The translations under genes and the position numbers were made by a program. A stretch of DNA of 64,000 nucleotides from Bacilli bacterium (GTDB lineage Bacteria > Bacillota_I > Bacilli_A > RF39 > UBA660): contig JAZQNW010000011.1 in assembly GCA_045627525.1 (NCBI GenBank), forward strand, positions 4,549-68,548, in the 5' to 3' direction. This document shows, one piece after another, positions 37,327 to 46,853 of the stretch; within the stretch, counting starts at the first letter, position 1; each line of letters starts with the position of its first letter. A model generated the notes under the pieces. The model made no database searches and had not been told where the DNA came from. It worked only from the letters and a program-made list of their open reading frames with translations.

Positions 37327-38697
37327 ATGGAAAAAATGACAATGGAAAAGTTAGTTAATTATTGTAAACAATATGGTTTTATATTTCAAGGAAGTGAAAT
37401 ATATGGTGGATTAGCAAATACTTGGGATTATGGACCATTAGGATCAAGATTAAAAAATAATATTAAAGATTCATGGAGAAAAAGGTTTATTCAAGAAAGA
37501 CCAAATGCTTATGAAGTAGATGCTGCCATCCTTATGCATCCTAGAGTATGGGAAGCTAGTGGTCATGTTGGTAGTTTTTCAGATCCTCTTGCTGATTGTA
37601 AGTCATGTAAAACAAGACATCGTATTGATAATTTAATAAATGATTTTTCTAATTCATCAATTGGTGATGCAATGAGTAATGAAGAAAGATATAAATATTT
37701 AATTGATAATAAAGTACCATGCCCAAATTGTGGAAAAACAGATTTTACTGAAATTAGAGAGTTTAATCTTATGTTTGAAACTCAAAGAGGTGTAGTAAAA
37801 GATGCTAAAAGTACAATCTATTTAAGACCAGAAAATGCTCAAGGTGAATATGTTAATTTCTTAAATGTTCAAAGAAGCATGAGAGCAAAGTTACCATTTT
37901 CAATAGGGCAAATTGGTAAAGCTTTTAGAAATGAAATTACTCCAGGAAATTTTACTTTTAGAACAATTGAATTTGAACAAATGGAATATCAAACTTTCTG
38001 TAAGGAAGGATCTGATAGTGATTTATATGATTATTTTAAAGAGTATGCTAAAAAATATTTTATGGATTTAGGTATAAGCGAAGAAAAGCTAAGATATCAT
38101 AATCATGAAAAATTAGCTCATTATGCAAAAGAAGCTTGTGATATTGAATATAAATTTAATTTTGGATGGGGCGAAATAAATGGTACTCATAATCGTACAA
38201 ATTACGATTTAAGTCGTCACCAAGAATTTTCTGGAACTTCTCAAGAATATTTAGATCCAGAAACAAATGAAAAATTTATACCATATATTATTGAATCTAC
38301 CGTAGGTTGTGATAGAGCAGTATTAGCAGTTCTTGACAATAGTTATTGTGAAGAAGAATTAGAAGATGGTACAACTCGTGAAGTTATGAAATTTCATCCA
38401 GCAATTGCACCATATAAGGTAACTGTATTACCATTAGCTAAAAAATATCATAGTGAAAAAGCAATGGAAATATATAATATGTTAAGCAAATATTTTATGG
38501 CAAGTTATGATGAAACTGGAAGTATTGGTAAACGTTATAGAAGAAGTGATGCTGTAGGAACACCATGGTGTATAACAATCGATGATGAAACTATTAATAA
38601 TAATACAGTAACAATTAGAGATAGAGATACAATGGAACAAGTTGTATTGAAAGTAGACGAATTAGTATCATATATCGAAAGTAAAATCAATTTTTAG
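37327..38697 (+). CDS. glyQS: Glycine--tRNA ligase (alpha2 type)
   Basis: YGGLANTWDYGPLG, YLRPENAQG, FRNEITP, GINGTHNRT-like motif 3 region, anticodon-binding domain SIGKRYRR. Confidence 0.96.
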   Translation: MEKMTMEKLVNYCKQYGFIFQGSEIYGGLANTWDYGPLGSRLKNNIKDSWRKRFIQERPNAYEVDAAILMHPRVWEASGHVGSFSDPLADCKSCKTRHRIDNLINDFSNSSIGDAMSNEERYKYLIDNKVPCPNCGKTDFTEIREFNLMFETQRGVVKDAKSTIYLRPENAQGEYVNFLNVQRSMRAKLPFSIGQIGKAFRNEITPGNFTFRTIEFEQMEYQTFCKEGSDSDLYDYFKEYAKKYFMDLGISEEKLRYHNHEKLAHYAKEACDIEYKFNFGWGEINGTHNRTNYDLSRHQEFSGTSQEYLDPETNEKFIPYIIESTVGCDRAVLAVLDNSYCEEELEDGTTREVMKFHPAIAPYKVTVLPLAKKYHSEKAMEIYNMLSKYFMASYDETGSIGKRYRRSDAVGTPWCITIDDETINNNTVTIRDRDTMEQVVLKVDELVSYIESKINF

Positions 38698-38792
38698 AGG
38701 CTAATTAAGTCTCTTTTTTTCGCGTTATATTGCAATTATATATTTAATATGTTATAATATCTAAGCATTTGTAATAAGGAGGAATTGATAAT

Positions 38793-39713
38793 ATGTTAGT
38801 TAATGGCATATCTTCAAAATGCAGTGGTTTTTTTATGAGTGATGAATTAAATCCCTCTATATTAAATAATAAAAGATATAAATCTATAGTTGAAAAAATA
38901 GAATCAATTATTACTGAACAATTTATTTCTTTAGATTTAACGGATATTAGTACTTTTTCTAATTTTGATGATATTTTTAGTAAAAAAATTAAAATAGATA
39001 TGGAAGAAGACGGTAATGGTTTTAAATTTGAATTTCAAAATAAGTCAAAAGAAGATGATTCATTAATTATAAATTATAAATCTATTAGAGTTAGACTTTT
39101 GAAAAATGGAGATATAGATTTTAAAGATTTACCAGATGATAGTTTAATGGTAACTGAAAAATCTGCTGATGCTAGTATTAGTGGCAATACTATTAAGTGT
39201 TCAATGCCAATAGTTGAAAAAACTATATTTGATAAAAATGGTAAACAATTAGATTTTGAAAAAAAGGTTTTATTTGATAAAACGGAAATATTAGATGATA
39301 CTTCATCTTCATATAGAAAATTGATAAGAATTTTAAGTGAAGAATTAGATAGAATTGATAATACAAAGGATGATGTTTGTGAACATATTTATCTTTATAG
39401 AAAAGATTCTGATACTAGTTGCGTAACATTTAATGGAGAAGATGGCAATATTTTAGAGAGAAGTTTTTCAATTAATCTAAATGATGCTGTTACTTCTAAG
39501 TATTTAGCTTCAGTTTGTTCTATCAGTGGTAGAAAGTTAGATTATAAAGATTTAACAAAGTTTTTAGTTAGTTTAGATGATGCACAAATTACTAGAGTTA
39601 TAAGTAATATGATAGATGAGAAATCAACATTTGCGTTTAATAGAGATCACAATGTACCATGTTATGGAACAAGAAATAGTTTTCAAAAGCAAAAAAATTC
39701 TAAAAATAACTAA
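38793..39713 (+). CDS. Hypothetical acidic protein
   Basis: 306 aa ORF with TGTTATAAT promoter and AAGGAGG RBS; no family recognised. Confidence 0.72.
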   Translation: MLVNGISSKCSGFFMSDELNPSILNNKRYKSIVEKIESIITEQFISLDLTDISTFSNFDDIFSKKIKIDMEEDGNGFKFEFQNKSKEDDSLIINYKSIRVRLLKNGDIDFKDLPDDSLMVTEKSADASISGNTIKCSMPIVEKTIFDKNGKQLDFEKKVLFDKTEILDDTSSSYRKLIRILSEELDRIDNTKDDVCEHIYLYRKDSDTSCVTFNGEDGNILERSFSINLNDAVTSKYLASVCSISGRKLDYKDLTKFLVSLDDAQITRVISNMIDEKSTFAFNRDHNVPCYGTRNSFQKQKNSKNN

Positions 39714-39729
39714 AAAAGTTAAAAAAATG

Positions 39730-39758
39730 TTGACAAATAAAGCTTAAATGCATATAAT
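39730..39758 (+). promoter_or_regulatory. Sigma-A promoter of infC operon
   Basis: TTGACA(39730-39735)-17 nt-TATAAT(39753-39758). Confidence 0.8.
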
Positions 39759-39764
39759 TGTACT

Positions 39765-39900
39765 AGTCGAGAGAAAAAGGAAAGAGATTTATATCCACCT
39801 GATCAGCGAATAGCGATAGGTCAAATGCCAATTAGAAATAATGCGATTAATTATTTAAAAGGTTTTTGAGTGGGTATAATGTTTATATCCGCTTTTTCTT
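39765..39900 (+). promoter_or_regulatory. Ribosomal protein L20 leader (autoregulatory RNA)
   Basis: CCACCTGATC..GATAGGTC core and GTGGGTATAA..TTATATCCGC-T-tract hairpin upstream of infC-rpmI-rplT. Confidence 0.65.
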
Positions 39901-39919
39901 ATTTATGGAGGTGTTAGGT

Positions 39920-40450
39920 ATCGCAAACAATAAAAATAACATGTTGATTAATGATCAAATTAAAGCTAGAGAGGTTCTAGTAATTGGCCCAAATGGTGAG
40001 CAAGTAGGAATTAAATCTATTCAGGATGCATTAACTTTAGCTAGTTATGCAGCATTAGATTTAGTGCTTATCAGTCCAAATGCTAACCCACCTGTTTGCA
40101 AAGTAATGGATTACAATAAATATCGTTATGAAAAGCAGAAAAAAGAAAAGGAAGCATTAAAAAGACAAAAGGCCAATATGTCTGAATTAAAGGAATATCG
40201 TTTATCACCAGTTATTGATGTGGGAGATTTCGAAACAAAACTTAGAAATGCTACTAAGTATTTAGAAAAAGGCGATAGAATTAAACTTACAATTCGTTTT
40301 AAGGGAAGACAACTTGCACATACAGAATTAGGTAAGGAAGTTCTAGAACGTTTTGCATCTCGAGTTTCAGATTATGCGGATATAGAGCAAAAGCCTAAGT
40401 TAGACGGAAAAACTATGACTATGTTATTAGTACCAAAGAAAGATAAATAA
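39920..40450 (+). CDS. infC: Translation initiation factor IF-3, non-canonical ATC start
   Basis: GGAGG 39907-39911 followed 8 nt later by in-frame ATC; INDQIKAREV, PPVCKVMDY, IRFKGRQ. Confidence 0.95.
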   Translation: MANNKNNMLINDQIKAREVLVIGPNGEQVGIKSIQDALTLASYAALDLVLISPNANPPVCKVMDYNKYRYEKQKKEKEALKRQKANMSELKEYRLSPVIDVGDFETKLRNATKYLEKGDRIKLTIRFKGRQLAHTELGKEVLERFASRVSDYADIEQKPKLDGKTMTMLLVPKKDK

Positions 40451-40465
40451 TAGGAGGAGTTAAAT

Positions 40466-40651
40466 ATGCCAAAAATTAAAACACATAAGGGAACAGCAAA
40501 AGTTTTAACAGTACGTAAAAATGATTGCAAAATTGGAAAACCAGGAAGTCGTCATAACACTGGTTCAAAATCAACATCTTTTAATAGAAGTTGTAGAAAG
40601 GGATCAAGCCTTAGTAAAGCTGATCAAAATAGATTAAAAAATATAATCTAA
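40466..40651 (+). CDS. rpmI: 50S ribosomal protein L35
   Basis: MPKIKTHKGTAK; lies between infC and rplT. Confidence 0.9.
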   Translation: MPKIKTHKGTAKVLTVRKNDCKIGKPGSRHNTGSKSTSFNRSCRKGSSLSKADQNRLKNII

Positions 40652-40670
40652 GTATTAAGGAGGAAGAATC

Positions 40671-41264
40671 ATGGCAAGAGTTAAGAATGGAGCAGTTACA
40701 AAAGCTCGTCATAAAAAAGTATTAAAAGCTGCTAAAGGTTACTTTGGTAGTAAACATAGACTTTATAAGTCAGCTAAAGAACAATTAATGCATTCAGGAC
40801 AATATGCATTCAGAGATAGAAAACAAAAGAAGAGAGATTTTAGAAAATTATGGATTACAAGAATCAATGCTGCATGTCGTCAAAATGATATTAGTTATTC
40901 TAGATTTATTGAAGGTTTAAATAAAGCTGGTGTTGAAGTTAACCGTAAAATGTTATCAGAAATAGCTATCAACGATCCTAAAATGTTTAGTGAATTTGTA
41001 AAAGTAGCTAAAGATGGTAAAGCTGGAAAAATAACTAAGGCTACAGAAGTTGCTGGAAAAGAAGTTACAATAAATGCTTCAAAAACTGCAAAAGCTCCAG
41101 CAAAAAAAGCTGAAGTAAAAGAAGAAAAAAAGACAGCTACTAAAGCAGAAAAAGTTGACTATTCTAAAATGACAGTAGCTGAATTAAAAGAAGTAGCAGC
41201 TAAGAAAAAAGTTGATGTTGCTGGTATGAAAAAAGCTGAAATTATTGCAGCTTTAGAAAAATAA
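40671..41264 (+). CDS. rplT: 50S ribosomal protein L20 with C-terminal Rho_N-like extension
   Basis: [32 protein letters not shown]; ~80 aa extra tail. Confidence 0.96.
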   Translation: MARVKNGAVTKARHKKVLKAAKGYFGSKHRLYKSAKEQLMHSGQYAFRDRKQKKRDFRKLWITRINAACRQNDISYSRFIEGLNKAGVEVNRKMLSEIAINDPKMFSEFVKVAKDGKAGKITKATEVAGKEVTINASKTAKAPAKKAEVKEEKKTATKAEKVDYSKMTVAELKEVAAKKKVDVAGMKKAEIIAALEK

Positions 41265-41355
41265 ACATATTAGTGAATTTACTAATCTAGTGCCTTAATG
41301 GTGATTAGTTTTAGAAACTAATAGAAGATTAAAAAACGAAGGAGAAAATTAAATT

Positions 41356-42306
41356 ATGACAATAGTATCAATGAATTATTTATTAGAAGCTGGTGTTCAT
41401 TTTGGACATCAAAAAAGAAGATGGAATCCAAAAATGAAGGAATACATCTATACTACAAGAGATGATATTTATATTATCGATTTACAAAAAACAGTAAAAA
41501 AATTAGAAGAAGCATATGCAGCTATGAAAGAAATAGCTGAAGCAGGTGGAAAAGTTTTATTTGTAGGAACTAAGAAGCAAGCTCAAGAAGCAGCTGAAGA
41601 ATCTGCTGTTAGAACTAACATGTATTTCGTTAATGAAAGATGGTTAGGTGGAACTTTAACTAACTTTAAAACTATTCGTTCAAGAGTTAGAAGAATGGAA
41701 GAAATTGAAAACATGGAAAAAGACGGTGTTTTTGAAATGCTTCCAAAAAAAGAAGTTATTCAAATTAGAAAAGAATATGAAAAATTAAACAAAAACTTAA
41801 GAGGAATTAGAGATATGAAGAAAATGCCTCAAGCATTAGTAATCGTTGATCCTCGCAAAGAAGAAATAGCTATAAAAGAAGCTCATATATTAGGAATTCC
41901 AGTATTTGGTATAGTAGATACTAACTGTGATCCAGATGTTGTTGATTATGTAATTCCTGGTAACGATGATGCTGTACGTTCAGTTAAACTTTTAATCGGA
42001 GTTTTAACAAATGCAATTGCTGAAGTTAATAATAATGAAGTGTTAGACTTTATTACTGAAGATGATAAAGCAAAAGCTGAAAAGAAAATGGCAAAAAAAG
42101 AAGCAAAAGAAGAAAATAAAAAAGAAGAAGTTGTAGAAACTAAAAAAGAAGTTGAAGTTAAAGAAGAAAAAGTTGAGTCAAAAAAAGAAGAAAAAGATTT
42201 AGCTAGTTTAACATTAACTGAATTAAAGACTATGGCTAAAGAAGCTGGAGTTAAAGGTTATTCTGCAATGAAAAAAGCTGAAATCATTGAAGCTTTAACA
42301 AAATAA
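41356..42306 (+). CDS. rpsB: 30S ribosomal protein S2 with C-terminal Rho_N-like extension
   Basis: [35 protein letters not shown]; ~85 aa extra tail. Confidence 0.96.
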   Translation: MTIVSMNYLLEAGVHFGHQKRRWNPKMKEYIYTTRDDIYIIDLQKTVKKLEEAYAAMKEIAEAGGKVLFVGTKKQAQEAAEESAVRTNMYFVNERWLGGTLTNFKTIRSRVRRMEEIENMEKDGVFEMLPKKEVIQIRKEYEKLNKNLRGIRDMKKMPQALVIVDPRKEEIAIKEAHILGIPVFGIVDTNCDPDVVDYVIPGNDDAVRSVKLLIGVLTNAIAEVNNNEVLDFITEDDKAKAEKKMAKKEAKEENKKEEVVETKKEVEVKEEKVESKKEEKDLASLTLTELKTMAKEAGVKGYSAMKKAEIIEALTK

Positions 42307-42328
42307 TTTGATAATTATGTTTTTTAGG

Positions 42329-42355
42329 AGGGTGGATGGGATTCACCCTTTTTTA
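42329..42355 (+). terminator. Intrinsic terminator between rpsB and tsf
   Basis: GGGTGGAT-GGG-ATTCACCC followed by T-tract. Confidence 0.7.
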
Positions 42356-42389
42356 TTTTAAATAAGTTAGTTAAAGAGGAGGATTTTAA

Positions 42390-43277
42390 ATGTTTAGTGC
42401 AAAAGATGTAAAAGAATTAAGAGAAAAGACTGGAGCTGGTATGCTTGATTGCAAAAAAGCATTGGAAGCTACAGAAGGAAAAATGGAACAAGCTATAGAT
42501 TGGCTAAGAGAAAAAGGTATAGCAAAAGCAGCTAAGAAAGAAAGCAGAATAGCAGCTGAAGGATTATGCCAAATCGTTGTAAAAGAAAATAAAGCAGTTA
42601 TTCTTGAAGTTAATTCAGAAACTGATTTCGTTGCTAAAAATGAAGAATTTACAAATTTCGTTGATTATTTAGCAGAAGTAATATTAAATGAAGAAGTAGA
42701 AACAGTTGATGATGTTTTAGCTGTAAAAGATGGTAATGAAACAATTGGAGATAAATTAGTAGCATTAGTAGCTAAAATAGGTGAAAAAATTAGTTTTAGA
42801 CGTTTTGAAAAAATAACTAAAAATGATGATGAAATTTTTGGTACATACAAGCATATGGGTGGAAAAATCGGTACTGTTGTAGTAGTAAAAGGATCAAATG
42901 AAGAAGTTGCTAAAGATGTTGCAATGCAAGCTTGTGCAATGAATCCAACTGCATTAAATAGAGATGGTGTTCCTGCTGATATGGTTGAACATGAAAAAGA
43001 AGTTATTAAGGCAGAAATTAAAAATGATGAAAAGAATGCTGGTAAGCCAGATGAAATCATTGAAAAAATGTCTATTGGTAGATTAAATAAATTTTATAAA
43101 GAAATTTGTTTAGAAGAACAAGACTTTATTAAGGAAAATAAATTAACTGTAAAAGATTATGTAAAGAATAATGGCGGAGAAATTATTTCTATGGTTAGAA
43201 TAGCTGTTGGTGAAGGTATTGAAAAGAAAGAAGAAAACTTTGCTGATGAAGTAATGAGCCAAATTAATAATGCATAG
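42390..43277 (+). CDS. tsf: Elongation factor Ts
   Basis: VKELREKTGAGMLDCKKAL, EVNSETDFVA. Confidence 0.97.
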   Translation: MFSAKDVKELREKTGAGMLDCKKALEATEGKMEQAIDWLREKGIAKAAKKESRIAAEGLCQIVVKENKAVILEVNSETDFVAKNEEFTNFVDYLAEVILNEEVETVDDVLAVKDGNETIGDKLVALVAKIGEKISFRRFEKITKNDDEIFGTYKHMGGKIGTVVVVKGSNEEVAKDVAMQACAMNPTALNRDGVPADMVEHEKEVIKAEIKNDEKNAGKPDEIIEKMSIGRLNKFYKEICLEEQDFIKENKLTVKDYVKNNGGEIISMVRIAVGEGIEKKEENFADEVMSQINNA

Positions 43278-43415
43278 TTTTAATTAGATATTTATATGAA
43301 AGAATGTATTTTTTAGTACATTCTTTTATTCAATTATTTTCTTGATTACTTTTGTTTATATAATAATAGAATTTTTTATGATAATATTATTATAATTAAT
43401 TAAGGAGAAATAAAT

Positions 43416-43765
43416 ATGATTTGTAAAAATTGTAAAAAGAAAATTAATGATACTGCGGTTTTTTGTGAATATTGTGGAATGAGAGTTTTTAGTGAAGATA
43501 GTAGTAAAGAATATAAGACACATAATATTGATGAAGATAAATTTGATTTAATTATTTTAAAAATTTTAAAATACTTTTTTTAGTGTTAGCTATTGTATTA
43601 TTTTTCAAAAGTTTTATATGGGTTATGTTAGTAGGAATTTTTAGTTTATTTGCAATTCCTAAAATACTTAATTTATTATTTGTGGTTTTTATTTTATTTG
43701 GATTAATTTGTGGTCTACCATTAGCATTATTTTTCTTTTTTAGACATTTAATTAATAAGAAATAA
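43416..43765 (+). pseudogene. Zinc-ribbon membrane protein split by a frameshift in a T7 run
   Basis: ATG 43416 MICKNCKKKINDTAVFCEYCG ends at TAG 43581; one extra T at 43575-43581 would fuse it to the hydrophobic ORF 43583-43765. Confidence 0.65.
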
Positions 43766-43821
43766 TACTTTATTTTAGGTAATATTTATAATATAATATT
43801 TTTAAGGAGAGATTGATTACA

Positions 43822-44370
43822 ATGGACATAGAAATGATTATGTTAGAATTTAGTGAAAAATTAGATAAGGCTTTAGAAAATTTAGAAAAGCGTTTTACTA
43901 CAGTTAGAGCTGGGAGAGCAAATCCTTCTAGTTTGGATGGTATTATGGTTGAATATTATGGTAGTATGACACCATTGAAACAACTTGCTACTATTTCTGT
44001 ACCTGAAGCTAGACAATTACTGATTAAGCCTTTTGATAAGAGTTGTTTAAAAGATATTGAAAAAGCAATTTTGACCTCTAATTTAGGTTATAATCCAGGT
44101 AATGATGGAGAGACTATTAGAATTGTTATTCCAGAACTTACTGAAGAAAGAAGAAAGGAACTTGTAAAGCAAGTTAAGGCTTTGTCAGAAGAAGCTAAAG
44201 TATCTGTTAGAAATGTTAGACATGATACTTTGGAAAATTTGAAGAAGTTAGAACTTTCTGAAGATGAAGAAAAAGCTTATGAAAAAGATATTCAAGATGA
44301 AATTAATGAATATAACAAAAAAATAGAAGGTTTATTAAAAGAAAAAGAACAAGAATTGCTTACTGTATAG
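43822..44370 (+). CDS. frr: Ribosome recycling factor
   Basis: VRAGRANP, LATISVPEAR, PELTEERRKELVK, VRNVR. Confidence 0.96.
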   Translation: MDIEMIMLEFSEKLDKALENLEKRFTTVRAGRANPSSLDGIMVEYYGSMTPLKQLATISVPEARQLLIKPFDKSCLKDIEKAILTSNLGYNPGNDGETIRIVIPELTEERRKELVKQVKALSEEAKVSVRNVRHDTLENLKKLELSEDEEKAYEKDIQDEINEYNKKIEGLLKEKEQELLTV

Positions 44371-44402
44371 TAAGCATTTTTCTTTTTTGAGGGGGTAGTA
44401 TT

Positions 44403-44933
44403 ATGAATAATGTTAAGAATACTTTTGACAAAGGAGTTTTTGGTGAACTTAGAGCTTTATGTAATGACAGTAAAGCTAGTGATATTATTAAAAAATGGAA
44501 AGAAGAAAAAGTACTTACAAGTTTGGAATATCAAGAATTATTAAATTATATATATGAAGATGCCAATAAAAAAGCGACTACCTTTTCAACTTTTGATTTA
44601 AATAATAAATCTAAAAATAGAGAAGTTTCAAAAATGTCAAATTTAATTATTGATAATTATCAAAGGGTTTGTGAAGGGGTAAATATAACAAGACAAAATA
44701 TGACTTATCATAATATTACTATATTGGTTGATCAAATTAGTCAATCTGATAAATATTTTAGCTGTTTTATAAATTTTTGTGCTTTATTGAAGTTAAGGTT
44801 AGATGAAAAAAGCTTTATACCTGATATTATGACTATGAATTATTGCAGAAATCAAATTGAATGTGCTAGTAAACAATATAAGTCATTTCTTAGGAATGGA
44901 AAAAGGCATCATCTAGTAAAAAAAACAGTTTAA
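44403..44933 (+). CDS. Hypothetical protein
   Basis: 176 aa ORF with GAGGGG RBS; no family recognised. Confidence 0.65.
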   Translation: MNNVKNTFDKGVFGELRALCNDSKASDIIKKWKEEKVLTSLEYQELLNYIYEDANKKATTFSTFDLNNKSKNREVSKMSNLIIDNYQRVCEGVNITRQNMTYHNITILVDQISQSDKYFSCFINFCALLKLRLDEKSFIPDIMTMNYCRNQIECASKQYKSFLRNGKRHHLVKKTV

Positions 44934-44964
44934 TATTTTTAATTTTTATGTTATAATACCGTTA

Positions 44965-45174
44965 TCGATGTTGATTAAGGAGTAGTAGTAATTGATGCTT
45001 CTAAAGAGAGCTTGTGGTTGGTGCAAACAAGTGAAGATAAATTATGAATTCGCCTTAGGAGTTCTTATTAATAGTAAGCGTAGCTCGCGTTAAGAGTTTT
45101 AAGTGTATAGTAATAACTATAAAATAAGGTGGTACCGCGAATATTCGTCCTTATATTTATAGTTATTTTTTTTT
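44965..45174 (+). promoter_or_regulatory. T-box riboswitch (Phe)
   Basis: AGAGAG/GGTG stem I motifs, specifier TTC 45049-45051, T-box AAGGTGGTACCGCG 45126-45139. Confidence 0.92.
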
Positions 45175-45186
45175 AAGGTGGTGACT

Positions 45187-45813
45187 ATGGATAAATTTAT
45201 TTTTGATTTAGATGGAACTTTATTAAATGCGGATTTTTCATTTGAAATTGATTATTTTGCTTCTGTTTTAGATAAAGGTGTTGCTAAAGAATTTGATTTA
45301 ATTAGATTTCCATTATTAACTGAATATGAGAACAGTCATTATAAATATGATATTATGGAACTCAGTGAATTTTTTTATTCAAAATCTGGAATTAATATTA
45401 CACCTTTAATGATTAAGGAATGGATTAGAAGAGGTGCTAATTGTTCTGATACTATTATTGATGGTGTAGAAGAGGTTTTAAAATATTTAAAATCTAAAAA
45501 TAAAAAAATAGTATTATTAACTAATTGGTTTAGTGAATGCCAATTATCTAGATTAAAAAGAGCTGGTATTTATGATTATTTTGATGAATTTTATTGTGGA
45601 GATAGTTGTTTAAAACCAAATTTAGATAGTTATAAATTAGCTTGTGGTAATACGCCATATGATAGATGTGTAATCATAGGTGATACATTTAAAAACGATG
45701 TTTTGGCTCCTAGTGAATTAGGAATAACTGCAATATATTTTTGTCCTAATGGTGATGGTATAGAGTTTGAAAATAAGATAGATAAATTAATTAAAATAAA
45801 GGAGATGTTTTAA
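45187..45813 (+). CDS. HAD-IA family hydrolase
   Basis: FDLDGTL, LLTN, LKP, IIGDTFKNDV motifs. Confidence 0.9.
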   Translation: MDKFIFDLDGTLLNADFSFEIDYFASVLDKGVAKEFDLIRFPLLTEYENSHYKYDIMELSEFFYSKSGINITPLMIKEWIRRGANCSDTIIDGVEEVLKYLKSKNKKIVLLTNWFSECQLSRLKRAGIYDYFDEFYCGDSCLKPNLDSYKLACGNTPYDRCVIIGDTFKNDVLAPSELGITAIYFCPNGDGIEFENKIDKLIKIKEMF

Positions 45814-46851
45814 GTGAAGTTAGAAGATGTAAAAGAATTATTAGAAAATGATTTGAAAAAGAATTATACAATTAATGAATTAAATGATTTAAAAGTAAAA
45901 TATTTAGGAAAAAAGGGATTGATTACAGAATTAAATCAAGAAATAAAAAATATTCCAAATGAGAGAAAAAAAGAATTTGGTCAAAAAGTTAATGAACTTA
46001 GAAATGACTTTAATCTTTTTTATGACTCTGCTAAAAAGAAAATGGAAGCTGATATTTTAAATGAAAAATTGAGTAAAGAAGCTATTGATATTAGTTTACC
46101 TTCTATAAAAATTAATAATGGTGCTCCTAATATTTTGGAAAAAGTAATAGAAGAGGTAGAAGAAATCTTTATGTCTATGGGCTTTGATGTTGTAGACGGG
46201 CCTGAAGTAGAAGAAGATAAATTTAATTTTGAAATGTTAAATATTCCTAAAGGTCATCCAGCTAGAGATGCACAAGATACTTTTTACATTGAAGGTGAAG
46301 AAACTTTGCTTCGTAGTCAAACTTCTCCTGTTCAAGTTAGAACAATGTTAGATGGAAATGGCGTTTCACCTATTAGAATGATTTGCCCTGGTAAGACATA
46401 TCGTCGTGATGATGATGATGCTACTCATTCACATCAGTTTATGCAAATTGAAGGATTACTTATTGATAAAGAGGTTAGCCTTTCAGATTTAAAAGGAATA
46501 ATTGATATATTAGTTAAAAAATTATTTGGTGAAAAAGTTCAAACTCGTTTTAGACCAAGTTATTATCAGTTTACAGAGCCTTCTGTTGAAATAGATATAA
46601 GCTGTTTTAATTGTCATGGAGATGGTTGCTCATTATGTAAGCATACAGGATGGATTACAATAGCTGGAGCTGGAATTGTTCATCCTAATGTTCTTAGAAT
46701 GAGTGGATATGATCCTAATATTTGGAGTGGATTTGCTTTTGGATTTGGTGCTGAAAGAGTAGCAATGTTGAAATATGATATTAATGATATTAGAGTATTT
46801 TATAATACAGATTTAAGAGAAAATAGAGTATTTGATAGGAGGGATGATTAA
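45814..46851 (+). CDS. pheS: Phenylalanine--tRNA ligase alpha subunit
   Basis: HPARDAQDTFY, LLRSQTS, ATHSHQFMQIEG, FAFGFGAER. Confidence 0.97.
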   Translation: MKLEDVKELLENDLKKNYTINELNDLKVKYLGKKGLITELNQEIKNIPNERKKEFGQKVNELRNDFNLFYDSAKKKMEADILNEKLSKEAIDISLPSIKINNGAPNILEKVIEEVEEIFMSMGFDVVDGPEVEEDKFNFEMLNIPKGHPARDAQDTFYIEGEETLLRSQTSPVQVRTMLDGNGVSPIRMICPGKTYRRDDDDATHSHQFMQIEGLLIDKEVSLSDLKGIIDILVKKLFGEKVQTRFRPSYYQFTEPSVEIDISCFNCHGDGCSLCKHTGWITIAGAGIVHPNVLRMSGYDPNIWSGFAFGFGAERVAMLKYDINDIRVFYNTDLRENRVFDRRDD

Positions 46852-46853
46852 TT

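Noticed and set aside
42665-43060. Minus-strand 131-aa ORF
   Set aside because: Shadow of tsf.
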